NCBI GenBank assembly: GCA_963820825.1
Contig: CAWGBN010000007.1
Coordinates: 96,001-160,000 of the forward strand
DNA from: Vulcanimicrobiota bacterium
GTDB lineage: Bacteria; Vulcanimicrobiota; Vulcanimicrobiia; Vulcanimicrobiales; Vulcanimicrobiaceae
Direction: 5' to 3'
Length of the DNA stretch: 64,000 bases
Shown: in pieces, positions 37,549-47,252 of the stretch
Layout: each line of letters opens with the position of its first letter
How positions within the stretch are numbered: position 1 is the first letter of the stretch
Position numbers and translations under genes: made by a program
The notes under the pieces: model-generated
Seen by the model: the letters and a program-made list of their open reading frames with translations, nothing else
Databases searched by the model: none
What the model was told of the DNA's origin: nothing

Positions 37549-39467
37549 TGCGCGGGCTGGTTCGGCACCGGATACTGGCGCGAGTACTGACCGATGCCGT
37601 CGGCGATCTCTTGCGCTACCTTCTGCCGCCAGGCCGGCGATGCAAGCAGGGCATAGTCGCTCGGATTGGTCAGAAACGCGGTCTCGACCAAGACGGCCGG
37701 CATCCGCGTGTGATAGGTCACGTAGAGATGGCTCTTGATCACGCCGTCGTCCTTGGTTCCATCCGCGGCCAGATGAGTCTCGACGATATGCGCGAATGCG
37801 ACGTCCGAGGGTTTGGAGATGTAGGTGGTCGTTCCGTAGGGCCCGGAGTTGATGAACGCGTTGGCGTGAATCGAGACGAAGAGCCGCGCGCCGGCGCTGT
37901 TGGCGACGTCGACGCGCGCCTGAAGCTCGTCGCGAGCGCTATCGTTGGGAGCGTAGACGTCCACGTCGGTCTCGCGCGTCAGCTTTACCTGCCAGCCGCG
38001 CGCGATCAGAATCTGGCGCAACCGTTTCGCCATATCCAGCGTGAGGTCGGCCTCCTTGAGACCGCCGTGCTGACTTCCCGAATCGCTGCCGCCGTGTCCC
38101 GGATCGATGACGATCAGCCGCGGATTGGTCGGCACGTAGCTGCTCTTCGGTCCGAACTTCCACGCACTATCGTCGGTACTGCCGCCGTTATCGCTCGAAT
38201 CGGTGTCGATCGGTGCGGGCGTCACCGCCGGCGGATTCTGTTCGCTTGCGGAGATCAAACTTCCGAGGCTCCCGCCGCCTGACCGGGGTACGTCCGCGAC
38301 GTCCTCGGCACCGACTTGCAGAACCAAGCCGCTCGTGGACGGCGAGACCGCGATCGGTTTGGAGCCTTCGAGCGTCAGCGCAATTCGTACGGTTGCGGAG
38401 TCGGTTTGACGAACGCGAATCGAGACGACCGGACTCGTCGCGCTCTCTTCGACCGGCGGTCCGGCGAGCTGGGCGTTCTTGATGTCCACCCAGAAGCGAT
38501 TGTCGGGATCGCGCAGCCGATGCCATTCGTAGAGGGCGCTTCCGGTTACCGCGACGGTCACCGTGACGCCGTCGTCGCTCGGCTGTGAAGTCACCGCGGT
38601 GACGGTCGCCTCGCCTGCAGCGCCGGGTGCGTTCGCCGAAGCAGTATCGGACGGCGGTGGAGGCTCCGGCGTCGGCGACTCCTCCGCCACTACTTGCGCG
38701 GGTGCACTGCCGCCTACGAACGTGAGCACGACGTCGCGATCGCCGTTATTCTGCGGCATCTGGACGGCGGTACCCGGCTCGAGACGTACGGTCACCAGCG
38801 TCGTCGGGTTGTCGACGCTTCCGGTGACCGAAATTTGGAGCGACCGTACGCCTCCGCTGCCGATGCGCCGCGTTCCGGTCAGCGCCGTACCGACGTCGTC
38901 GAACGCATAGGTGACCGCATCGCCGCTCTGCTTGACGATCCGCACGTGAAGCGGCGCGCCGCCGTGCGCCGAGAGCGTTACGCGCCCGCCGTCTTCGCGA
39001 ACGTCGAGTGCGCCGAGCTGCGGCTGCAGCACCTTGACGGCTCCATCTTGGCGCACGGCTAAGTCGAGCGCGCCGAGCAATTCGTTGAAGGGAAGATAGA
39101 CTTCTTTCCCGCGCTCGAATGGGGCGAAGCTTGCCTGCAGCGCGATCGGCCCGACGTCGTACCGGCGATCGCCTAACGCGAAGCTGACGACGGTCGGAAC
39201 CGACGTCGTTATCAGCACGTAACGTTCGCCCGGCTTCCACGTCAGCCACGCACCGGCACTGCGCAGCAAGGCTGCAAATCCGGGATCCGCGATCCCAATG
39301 GCCGCCCCACCCGAAGTTTGAGCGACGTGGGTGAAGCGAATCGTCTGCCCCTGATAGAGCGCGATCACCGGCGCATCGGCACGCGCGGGAGCTGCCGCTC
39401 CTGCGAGCGCTGCGAAGAGCGCCGCAGACGCGGCGCTAGAAATCCGAACGATGAAGCGGTTGATCAA
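37545..39467 (-). CDS. N-acetylmuramoyl-L-alanine amidase (AMIN + Amidase_3)
   Basis: Signal peptide; AMIN-like LRDPDNRFWVDI; IDPGHGG, E, SIHAN and LVETAFLTN motifs. Confidence 0.93.
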   Translation of the reverse strand: MINRFIVRISSAASAALFAALAGAAAPARADAPVIALYQGQTIRFTHVAQTSGGAAIGIADPGFAALLRSAGAWLTWKPGERYVLITTSVPTVVSFALGDRRYDVGPIALQASFAPFERGKEVYLPFNELLGALDLAVRQDGAVKVLQPQLGALDVREDGGRVTLSAHGGAPLHVRIVKQSGDAVTYAFDDVGTALTGTRRIGSGGVRSLQISVTGSVDNPTTLVTVRLEPGTAVQMPQNNGDRDVVLTFVGGSAPAQVVAEESPTPEPPPPSDTASANAPGAAGEATVTAVTSQPSDDGVTVTVAVTGSALYEWHRLRDPDNRFWVDIKNAQLAGPPVEESATSPVVSIRVRQTDSATVRIALTLEGSKPIAVSPSTSGLVLQVGAEDVADVPRSGGGSLGSLISASEQNPPAVTPAPIDTDSSDNGGSTDDSAWKFGPKSSYVPTNPRLIVIDPGHGGSDSGSQHGGLKEADLTLDMAKRLRQILIARGWQVKLTRETDVDVYAPNDSARDELQARVDVANSAGARLFVSIHANAFINSGPYGTTTYISKPSDVAFAHIVETHLAADGTKDDGVIKSHLYVTYHTRMPAVLVETAFLTNPSDYALLASPAWRQKVAQEIADGIGQYSRQYPVPNQPAQ

Positions 39468-39969
39468 GCTCGAGATGTCCCCCGGGCAGGGTCTCTAGCC
39501 GCGCGCCGTCGACCGTAACCTGCACCGCGTCGATGCCTCGGATTCCGGTCACGGTGTAAACGAGGCCTTTGAACTCTCCGTTCTCGCCGAACGTTCCACC
39601 GGGTTGCTGCTCGACGTCCTTTGAGAGATCGATCGTTGCCGTCGAGCCGTTCACGGCGGTGCCCAAAATGCGCGTGCCGGGTGGAAAACGGATCGCCGAA
39701 ATGCCGTTAGGAGGGCCGGCAACGGCCTGAACTGCAGCGTAGAGCACCGCGTTGTGCAGATGCTCCGTCGCGCTCTCGCCGGGCAGCCGCGGCCGAAGCG
39801 AGACGCGTACGTCGCCGAGCGAGTTTCCATCGAGCTTCGTGTAGTAGACGGCAATCGATTCGCCGTTGCTCGCGGTACGGTGCGACTGATAGTACCAGGA
39901 GGCGGCGGCAACGACGGCGAGCAGCACGATGAGGGCGGGCAGACGCGTCGATCTCACAGCGGAATTCAC
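39436..39969 (-). CDS. GerMN domain protein
   Basis: N-terminal TM; FPPGTRIL..ATIDLS..LVYTVT..IDAVQVTVDG GerMN pattern. Confidence 0.88.
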   Translation of the reverse strand: MNSAVRSTRLPALIVLLAVVAAASWYYQSHRTASNGESIAVYYTKLDGNSLGDVRVSLRPRLPGESATEHLHNAVLYAAVQAVAGPPNGISAIRFPPGTRILGTAVNGSTATIDLSKDVEQQPGGTFGENGEFKGLVYTVTGIRGIDAVQVTVDGARLETLPGGHLELDQPLHRSDF

Positions 39970-40031
39970 GCTTCGCGAAGGTCGGCCGAAAGACCCCCGT
40001 CGAAGCCGCGGACGATGAGCGCCACATCACG

Positions 40032-40400
40032 ATGAAGTGGCTGAGAAAGACCATCCGGCGCGAGCAGCGCGCGCTCGAACGCGCTCGCGAGCGCTTCATC
40101 GCCGATCCGAGCGAGAAGCGCCTCCACGAGGTTCGCACGACGGGACGGCGCTTTCGCTCGCTGCTCGAAGACGTCGCGAGCATCACCAAATCGGAGCCTC
40201 TACGCCGCCGCGTCAAACGCGCCGCCGTTTCGACCGATGCGGCTCGCGATGCGACGATCGTTCTGCAGCTTCTCGAGAGCAGCGTCGATGCACGTGAAGC
40301 CGAGCTGGCCCGTCCGCTCCTCGAACGCCTGCGCGAGCAAAAGCGGCTCGCGACGCGGCGGGCCAGCAAAGAGCTCGGACGCATGCACTTTGCGCCCTAG
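40032..40400 (+). CDS. CHAD domain, first half
   Basis: LHEVRTTGRRFRSLL..AARD motif. Confidence 0.8.
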   Translation: MKWLRKTIRREQRALERARERFIADPSEKRLHEVRTTGRRFRSLLEDVASITKSEPLRRRVKRAAVSTDAARDATIVLQLLESSVDAREAELARPLLERLREQKRLATRRASKELGRMHFAP

Positions 40401-40409
40401 CTGCCGCCG

Positions 40410-40820
40410 ATGAAGGCCGAACGTATCGCGCTCGACGGCGTCGAGGACGAGCGCGGCCTCTGCGAACGGATCGTGCGGACGCGCTTGCGGGAAGCGCGCG
40501 GGTTAGCGAGCGGGCTCGAGCGGCGCGACAAACAGAGCCTTCACGATTTTCGAATTGCCTGCAAGCGGTTGCGCTATGCTTTCGAACGCTTTCAAGCGCT
40601 CGATCCATCGTTCGAAGCGATCGCGCAGCGGCTTGCACGACTGCAGGATGCGCTCGGTGACGCGCACGATCGCGACGTGCTTCTCTCGATCCTTCCGCCG
40701 GCGATGGCATCGACCGAGCGCCGGCTTCAAACCGATCGAGAAGCCTGCGCCGACCGCGCGGCAGCATGCTGGAAGGAACTCGAGCAATTGTTGCAAGCGG
40801 TCGACTCTCATCCGATCTGA
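40410..40820 (+). CDS. CHAD domain, second half
   Basis: LHDFRIACKRLRY..E..LQDALGDAHDRDV motif. Confidence 0.85.
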   Translation: MKAERIALDGVEDERGLCERIVRTRLREARGLASGLERRDKQSLHDFRIACKRLRYAFERFQALDPSFEAIAQRLARLQDALGDAHDRDVLLSILPPAMASTERRLQTDREACADRAAACWKELEQLLQAVDSHPI

Positions 40821-40877
40821 ATCATGCTTTAATCGCCTTCCCGCGAGCCGCGCGCCGCATGGTGGTAATAAGGAAGC

Positions 40878-41204
40878 ATGATGAACTTACGAAACCTTCT
40901 TCTTGCATGTGCGCTCGGCGGAGCAGTCGCCGGCGCTGCTCTTCCTGCGGCCGCACAGGTCTACGGAGGAATCTACGTTCAAACCGCGCCTCCGGCGCCG
41001 ATCTACGAAACGGCCCCCGCCGCGCCGGGGCCCGGCTACTATTGGGTTTCGGGATACTGGTCCTGGAACGGATATCGCTACGTCTGGGTGCGCGGCCGTT
41101 ACCAATACCCGCCGTACGCCGGTGAGACGTGGCATCCCGGACACTGGGCGCATCGTGACCGCGGTTGGGTCTGGGTGGGCGGTCACTGGGGACGCCCCTA
41201 CTAA
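40878..41204 (+). CDS. YXWGXW (WXXGXW) repeat secreted protein
   Basis: Signal peptide; PPAP; WVSGYW, WVRGRY, WHPGHW and WVGGHW repeats. Confidence 0.9.
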   Translation: MMNLRNLLLACALGGAVAGAALPAAAQVYGGIYVQTAPPAPIYETAPAAPGPGYYWVSGYWSWNGYRYVWVRGRYQYPPYAGETWHPGHWAHRDRGWVWVGGHWGRPY

Positions 41205-41229
41205 ACGACTCGACGGCTAAGACGCACGC

Positions 41230-41258
41230 GATCGCCCACCGCTCCCCGGTGGGCGATC
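41230..41258 (+). terminator. Hairpin after the YXWGXW gene
   Basis: GATCGCCCACCG-CTCCC-CGGTGGGCGATC perfect 12-bp stem; no strong U-tract. Confidence 0.6.
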
Positions 41259-41286
41259 TCCATCTCGGCGTTGAACCCGCGCAGGC

Positions 41287-42678
41287 ATGCAGCTTCGGCG
41301 CACGCTGGGTTTAGCCGATGTCATACTCTTTTTCGTCGTTGCAGCTTCGAATCTGCAGTGGGTTGCGACGGCCGCCGCCGCGGGAGCGAGTGCGATCCCG
41401 GTCTGGATTCTTGGCGGCTTGACGATGTTCGCGCCGCTCTCGATCTGCGTCGTATTCCTCGCTTCGCGTCATCCCGAGGAAGGCGGACTCTACGTTTGGA
41501 GTAAGCGCGCCTTCGGACCATTTGCGGGATTCATGACCGGCTGGACCTACTGGGCGAGTCTGATGCCCTATTTTCCGGCGCTGCTCTACTTCGCCGCCGG
41601 CAACGCGCTCTTCATCCGCGGGACGAACGGCGGCGCACTCTCCGCATCGCCGGTCTACTACGTCGTCGTTGCGCTTGCCGGATTGGCGCTCGCCACGATC
41701 GTCAACGTCTACGGATTGCAGGTCGGAAAATGGTTGAACAATGCGGGCGCCGTCTCGCGATGGATCGTCACCCTGCTGCTGGTCGCACTCGGCACGATTG
41801 CGTGGTGGAAGTTCGGCCCGGCGACTTCGATCACCGCAGCGACGATGCGTCCGGGACTTGCGATCAAAGACGTCATTTTTTGGTCGGTGATCGCGTTCGC
41901 GTGGACCGGTCCGGAGGCAATGCCCTTCATGGGCGACGAGATCAAGAATCCGCGGCGAACGATTCCGCTCGGACTCGCCTTGGCCGCACCGGCGATCGCG
42001 ATCATCTACATCGCCGGAACGGTCGCCGTGCTGGCGGCGATCGCCCCGCACGACGTTACCCCGTCGTCGGGCATCATGGAGGCGATTGGTAGGGTCGCGG
42101 GACGAATGCATTGGGAGATCATCACGCCGATCGCGGCGTTCCTGGTTTCGTTGAGCTGCATCGGCAGCGCCGGTGCGTGGCTCGGAGCCGGCGCACGCCT
42201 GCCGTTCGTCGCCGGCATCGATCACTTTCTCCCCAGCGCCTTCGGCCGGATTCACCCGCGATGGGGTTCACCGGTCACCGCGTTGATTACCGTGGCCGCC
42301 GTAGCGGCTGTTTTCATCTTCCTCGGCCAAGCGGGCACGAGCGTTCGCGGCGCGTACGACGTGCTCGTCAGCTCGACCGTGGTCATCACGCTCGTACCAT
42401 TCGTCTTCTTGTTCGCCTCGGCAATCAAGCTGCGCGTCGAGCGGTGGTCGCCCGACATGGTGCGAATTCCCGGTGGTAACTGGACCGTCACGATCTCCGC
42501 GCTGATCGGACTGGCAACCACGCTCTCGGCAATCGTCTTTGCCGGTTTTCCGGCGGACGACGATCCCAATAAGGTGCTCGCCGTCGTCAAGGTCGTCGGG
42601 CTTACGGCAGCGATGGTCCTCATCGGCATCGGCATATATCTCGCCGGACGCAGGAAGGGACCGGCGACGTTGGGGTAA
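41287..42678 (+). CDS. APC-family amino acid/polyamine permease
   Basis: About 12 TM; PEEGGLYVW..AFG, FAWTGPE and EIKNPRRTIP motifs. Confidence 0.92.
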   Translation: MQLRRTLGLADVILFFVVAASNLQWVATAAAAGASAIPVWILGGLTMFAPLSICVVFLASRHPEEGGLYVWSKRAFGPFAGFMTGWTYWASLMPYFPALLYFAAGNALFIRGTNGGALSASPVYYVVVALAGLALATIVNVYGLQVGKWLNNAGAVSRWIVTLLLVALGTIAWWKFGPATSITAATMRPGLAIKDVIFWSVIAFAWTGPEAMPFMGDEIKNPRRTIPLGLALAAPAIAIIYIAGTVAVLAAIAPHDVTPSSGIMEAIGRVAGRMHWEIITPIAAFLVSLSCIGSAGAWLGAGARLPFVAGIDHFLPSAFGRIHPRWGSPVTALITVAAVAAVFIFLGQAGTSVRGAYDVLVSSTVVITLVPFVFLFASAIKLRVERWSPDMVRIPGGNWTVTISALIGLATTLSAIVFAGFPADDDPNKVLAVVKVVGLTAAMVLIGIGIYLAGRRKGPATLG

Positions 42679-42719
42679 AGGCTCGCTAAACCAACTGGAA
42701 ACCAAAAGGGAGCGTCACC

Positions 42720-43211
42720 TTGCGTACACGTCTTCTCGTCGCTGCAATCGTCGCGAGTCTCGGTCTCGCGGCCTGTTCGAACGGAGGTTCGCAGGCAATA
42801 CCGGGCGGATCGTCGCTGGTAAGTATGAGCGGCTCTGCTTCGCTGCGGCTCACCATCGCCGGCCTGCCGCCGGCGAAGTGCCCGGTAAAGTATATCGGCT
42901 GCATCACCGTTGCCAAAGGCCATCCGGCCAAATACACGATCTGCGTCTCCAGCACGGGCAACTGCCTCTCCGGCTCGTTTCCGAATGAGAAGTGGACGAG
43001 CAAAATCGTGAACCTGAAAAAGAAGCCGTTCACGGGAATGAAGGGCACCTTCAAACCGAACCCCGGAAATCCGACGACCGCCACGGTTACGGCCACGGTC
43101 AAGCTCAAGGGCAGCGACGGCAAGGTCGCCTACGTGCAGAACGACAAAGCCTGTCCGCCGGGCGGCGGCAGCAAGTGCGTCAACGGCCAGATCGGGATTA
43201 TAACGAAGTAG
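42720..43211 (+). CDS. Hypothetical basic, Cys-containing lipoprotein
   Basis: GGGAG RBS; TTG start; lipobox LAAC. Confidence 0.8.
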   Translation: MRTRLLVAAIVASLGLAACSNGGSQAIPGGSSLVSMSGSASLRLTIAGLPPAKCPVKYIGCITVAKGHPAKYTICVSSTGNCLSGSFPNEKWTSKIVNLKKKPFTGMKGTFKPNPGNPTTATVTATVKLKGSDGKVAYVQNDKACPPGGGSKCVNGQIGIITK

Positions 43212-43455
43212 TCGAAGCTGCGGGGGTCGCAACCCGCTCGAGCGCCCGCTCGCAGAGCGTCACGAGCGTTTCGATCTCCGCAATCTCCCCGGAATGCGCG
43301 ATGACGTTTCCCCGCGCGATGGCGGCTTCGCGTGTCGCCGATTCGACGGTCGCGCAGGTCGAGATCGGCCGCGTCCCCTCGTAAACGAGCCGCTCGATCT
43401 CTTCCAAAGCCCATCGCTTTACCGCCTGAATCGACGTTTCGAGAGTATCCGGCAC
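43198..43455 (-). CDS. Small hypothetical protein
   Basis: Fills the gap between genes with plausible amphipathic helical sequence; start uncertain. Confidence 0.4.
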   Translation of the reverse strand: MPDTLETSIQAVKRWALEEIERLVYEGTRPISTCATVESATREAAIARGNVIAHSGEIAEIETLVTLCERALERVATPAASTTSL

Positions 43456-43505
43456 CACAGACCGTACGTTAGCAGCTGACGCTGAGAGACAACTGGAAGG
43501 CGACC

Positions 43506-44396
43506 ATGCGATTCTCCTGGTTTTACTTGCTCGTTGCGGCATCACTGCCGGCAGGATGCCTCGGATACAACGGTTCTCTTCCCGCGAATGCGGCAAGCGC
43601 CTCGCAAGGCCGAAGCGGCGCCGCGGTTGCGCGCACCAACGGAAAGCATCCGCATGCGGACTACGTCGTGGTCGTCATCATGGAGAACCGCGATTACGAT
43701 CTCGTGATCGGCAGCTCGCAGGCGCCGTACATCAACGGCACGCTCGTCCCGGAAGCGGCGTTGATGACCAACAGCCACGCGATTACACATCCCAGCCAGC
43801 CGAACTATCTCGGCCTCTTCTCCGGTTCTACCCAAGGCGTCGCCGACGACTCGTGCCCGCACGCGTTCAGCGCGGTCAACGCCGGCGAGGAGCTCCTCGC
43901 CGCCGGTTTGACCTTCGACGGTTACTCGGAATCGATGCCGTACGACGGCTACACCGGATGCTCATCCGGCGAGTATGCGCGCAAACACAATCCTTGGGTC
44001 AACTTTACCAATGTGCCGTCGTCGTCGAATCTCGTGTATAACGAGTTCATGACGCCCCCCGCGACGCTGACGATCGTCGTTCCCAACCTCTGCGACGACA
44101 TGCACGATTGCAGCACCCAGACCGGAGATACGTGGCTATCGAAGAACCTGCCGCCGATTCTCAAGTACGACAAGAAGCATAACGGGCTCCTCATCCTGAC
44201 GTGGGATGAAGCCGCCCCCGACGACAACGGTCAGAATCAAATCGCCACGCTACTCATCGGCCCGATGGTGAAGCCCGGAACGTACGATCAGAGAATTACG
44301 CACTACTCGACGCTGCGCACCATCGAAGACATCGCCGGCGTAGCCTGCACTGCCTACGCCTGCCAAGCCGCCGCTATCAAGAAAATCTGGCGCTAG
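43506..44396 (+). CDS. Secreted phosphoesterase / acid phosphatase (alkaline phosphatase superfamily, SapM-like)
   Basis: VIMENR, HPSQPNY, KHNPW, DMHD, TWDE and HYSTLRTIE motifs; possible lipobox PAGC. Confidence 0.9.
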   Translation: MRFSWFYLLVAASLPAGCLGYNGSLPANAASASQGRSGAAVARTNGKHPHADYVVVVIMENRDYDLVIGSSQAPYINGTLVPEAALMTNSHAITHPSQPNYLGLFSGSTQGVADDSCPHAFSAVNAGEELLAAGLTFDGYSESMPYDGYTGCSSGEYARKHNPWVNFTNVPSSSNLVYNEFMTPPATLTIVVPNLCDDMHDCSTQTGDTWLSKNLPPILKYDKKHNGLLILTWDEAAPDDNGQNQIATLLIGPMVKPGTYDQRITHYSTLRTIEDIAGVACTAYACQAAAIKKIWR

Positions 44397-44400
44397 CCGC

Positions 44401-45993
44401 TTAAACCTCGCCGTAGACGCGGCGCCCGGCAAAGTACGTCGCCACGATTTTGGTCGCGGCAATCTCTTCGACCGCCACGCTCAGCCAGTCGCGGTCCATC
44501 ACCACGAAATCGGCGTATTTGCCGGGAGCGATCGAACCGATGACCCGCTCCTGAAAGTTCGCATACGCCGCGCGGCTCGTCATCGAGGCGAGCGCTTCGG
44601 CGCGCGTCATCCGATGGTCGAGCCCTCCGTGCTCGACGATGGAGGCTTCGAAGGTGCGCGCCGCGCTCGCCGGTTCGACCGGCGCGTCGGTTCCGTTTGC
44701 GACGATCGTGCCTGCGTCTAGCATCGCGCGCCACGCGTAGGCAGCCGCCGTGCGCTCCGAGCCGAGTCGCGCCGGCACCCACGGCATGTCGCTGAGTGCA
44801 TGCGACGCCTGCATCGAGGCGATGACGCCGAGTTGCGCAAACCGCGGGATATCCTGCGGCGCGACGATCTGCGCGTGCTCGATGCGCGGCCGCGCGCCGG
44901 AATTGCCGGTACGCCCGCGCACGTTTTCGAAGGCGTCGAGGACCATCCGGTTCGCGCGATCGCCGATCGCGTGAACGCAAACCTGGAAACCACTATCGAG
45001 CGCCGCCGTGGCGACTTCTTCGATGCGCCGCTGCGGCGTAAGAATCAGTCCGGTGTTTGCGGGGTCGTCGCTGTACGGTTCGAGCAGTGCCGCTCCGCGC
45101 GAGCCGAGCGCTCCGTCGGCGTACATTTTGATCGAGCGAATCCAGAGCCGGCCGTCGTACGCCCCTTCGACGATCCCGGCGCGCGCGCGCTCGGCGATGA
45201 GCGCGGGGGCGTCATCGAGCATCGCGCAATTGCGAATCGAGTATTCGCCGCTTTCGAGAAGCTCGGCGTGCGCCGCAAGTACCGCGGCGTCGCAACCCGG
45301 CTCGGCCACCGCGGTAACGCCCCAGCGGTTGCACTCGGCGATCGCCCGGCGCGTCGCTGCGACGAGCCGGCCGTGCGACGGGCGCGGAACGCAATCGTAG
45401 ATCAGCGTTTGCGCGGCGTCGATGAAGATACCGGTCGGCTCGCCCTGCGCGTCTCGAACGATCTGCCCGCCGGACGGATCGCCCGTTGAGGCATCGATCT
45501 TCGCGAGCGCCATCGCCCGCGCGTTCGCGAGCAGCGCGTGACCGTCGACGCGCGCGAGCGCGACCGGACGATCTGCGATCGCCGCGCTCAGCGCGTGATG
45601 CGTCGGAAAGCAAGCGCCCGGCCAAAGATTCTGATCCCATCCCCGCCCCAAGATCCACGGTTCGGTCGACGAGTGCGCGTAGGATGCGACGCGCGCGACG
45701 ATCTCTTGCGGAGATTGCGCCGCGTCGAGAATCACCTGTTCGAGTTTGAGTCCGAGACCGGTGAGGTGCAGATGCGCGTCGATCAGGCCGGGGAGAATCG
45801 TACAGCCGCTCGCGTCGATCGTCGTCGTCGCCGGCCCGGCAAGCTCTATCGCCCCGGCGAGCGAGCCGACGTACGCGAAACGACCGCCGCGCACGGCGAA
45901 GGCTTGCGGCGCCGGATTACCGTCGTCGGCGCTATGAATGGTCGCGCCGAAAAAAATCAGATCCGCCGGTTCCGCGTTGCTCTCCTCGATCAC
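44401..45993 (-). CDS. Amidohydrolase family 3 (YtcJ/NfdA-like)
   Basis: PGLIDAHLH, DGH, KMYADGALGSRGA, HAIGD, RIEHAQ and GTDAP motifs. Confidence 0.92.
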   Translation of the reverse strand: MIEESNAEPADLIFFGATIHSADDGNPAPQAFAVRGGRFAYVGSLAGAIELAGPATTTIDASGCTILPGLIDAHLHLTGLGLKLEQVILDAAQSPQEIVARVASYAHSSTEPWILGRGWDQNLWPGACFPTHHALSAAIADRPVALARVDGHALLANARAMALAKIDASTGDPSGGQIVRDAQGEPTGIFIDAAQTLIYDCVPRPSHGRLVAATRRAIAECNRWGVTAVAEPGCDAAVLAAHAELLESGEYSIRNCAMLDDAPALIAERARAGIVEGAYDGRLWIRSIKMYADGALGSRGAALLEPYSDDPANTGLILTPQRRIEEVATAALDSGFQVCVHAIGDRANRMVLDAFENVRGRTGNSGARPRIEHAQIVAPQDIPRFAQLGVIASMQASHALSDMPWVPARLGSERTAAAYAWRAMLDAGTIVANGTDAPVEPASAARTFEASIVEHGGLDHRMTRAEALASMTSRAAYANFQERVIGSIAPGKYADFVVMDRDWLSVAVEEIAATKIVATYFAGRRVYGEV

Positions 45994-46118
45994 TAACCGT
46001 TCGCTTCGACGACGGGCGACGTTGCCGAGCCAGACTTAGGGTCTACTGGTCCCGTAGCATTTGCCACGGAAATACTACAGAAGCCCTCTCCGACGAATGT
46101 GGCGGCGAATGAGGTAGA

Positions 46119-47151
46119 CTATTTCTTCGCTGCCGTCACGCCGAGCGGGAAATCGAAGTCCCCCGTGAACGTCGCAATCGGTGAACCGCCGGCCGGGTAC
46201 TTGAAAACCTCGCCGTCGTCATTTCCCGCGTCGGCGCAATACAGCAGGCCCTTGACGATCCACGTCTGCGCGCAGTCGCTGGCCCCGGTGTACTGTACGG
46301 TGTTCTTCAACGTCGCCGTCGTTCCACTAACCGTGTACTGATACATCTCACTCGTGAGCTGATCGAACACGGTCACGTAGGTGCCGTCCCACTGCACCGA
46401 GCCGGGAAACTCCGGAGAGTTGCTCGTGTTGATCGTGACGGCTTTGCTGCTGCCCTTCGGAAGCTCGACGAGTGCGAAGTTATAGCTCGAGCCGAAACCG
46501 TCGGCAAAGAGATTGCCGCTGGGATCGTAGCCGTCGAAGTACTCTCTTGATCAACGGCGTATCGTACACCTTACCCGAACCGGTGCGCGTTCTTGAAGAT
46601 CACGACCTGACCGCCGGGACCGTACGAATTACCCAATAGGACTCCGACTGCAAGATCGCCGCTAGTATTCATGGCGCAGCTGGATGTGAACGTGTAGTCA
46701 AGAGACAGCGTCCTGAGCAGCTTGTGCGGAACCTTGTATTCGGTAATCAGGTCGTTCGTACGCCCGGCGTTCCAGAAAATTTTCTTCCCATAGCCGTACA
46801 ACACGTTGGTGCACCCTTGGCCGCCGGCGCCATCAATCTGACCGATCATCGCGGTGCTTTTTGGATAGTTGAAGATGCTGCCGTACGAGCCGTAGTCGTT
46901 GAAGATGTACTCGTAGTTTCTTCGACCTCGATTCTATCCGGTACAAGCTCTGCGTAACGCGGCAGTGGGTTCAGCCTCGCCGCCGTTACCGGTCTCCCGT
47001 TCACGAACAGCGTCTTACCTACGTAGGTCGCATTGAGCGTAGCGGCTGACGGCGCGACCGCCGTCCGAGCTGTCGAGGCGCTCCCGCACGCCGAAACAAT
47101 TACGAGTGCAACGACAGCGCCGCCGCACTTAAGTAAACCAGGGGTGTTCAT
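46119..47151 (-). CDS. Secreted beta-propeller-like lipoprotein, broken by frameshifts near 46920 and 46570
   Basis: AAGGAG RBS; lipobox VSAC; consecutive fragments (GDLAVG, GYDPSGNLFADG, VQWDGTY, YPAGG) in three frames. Confidence 0.7.
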
Positions 47152-47252
47152 TAACCTTGCTCCTTTGAAGTAGCTGTCAAATAGCAACGCTGATGTCCTT
47201 AGGGTTTTCGAGCGGCATCGGTGCCGTGCCTCCGTGAAGGACCGTTTCATAC

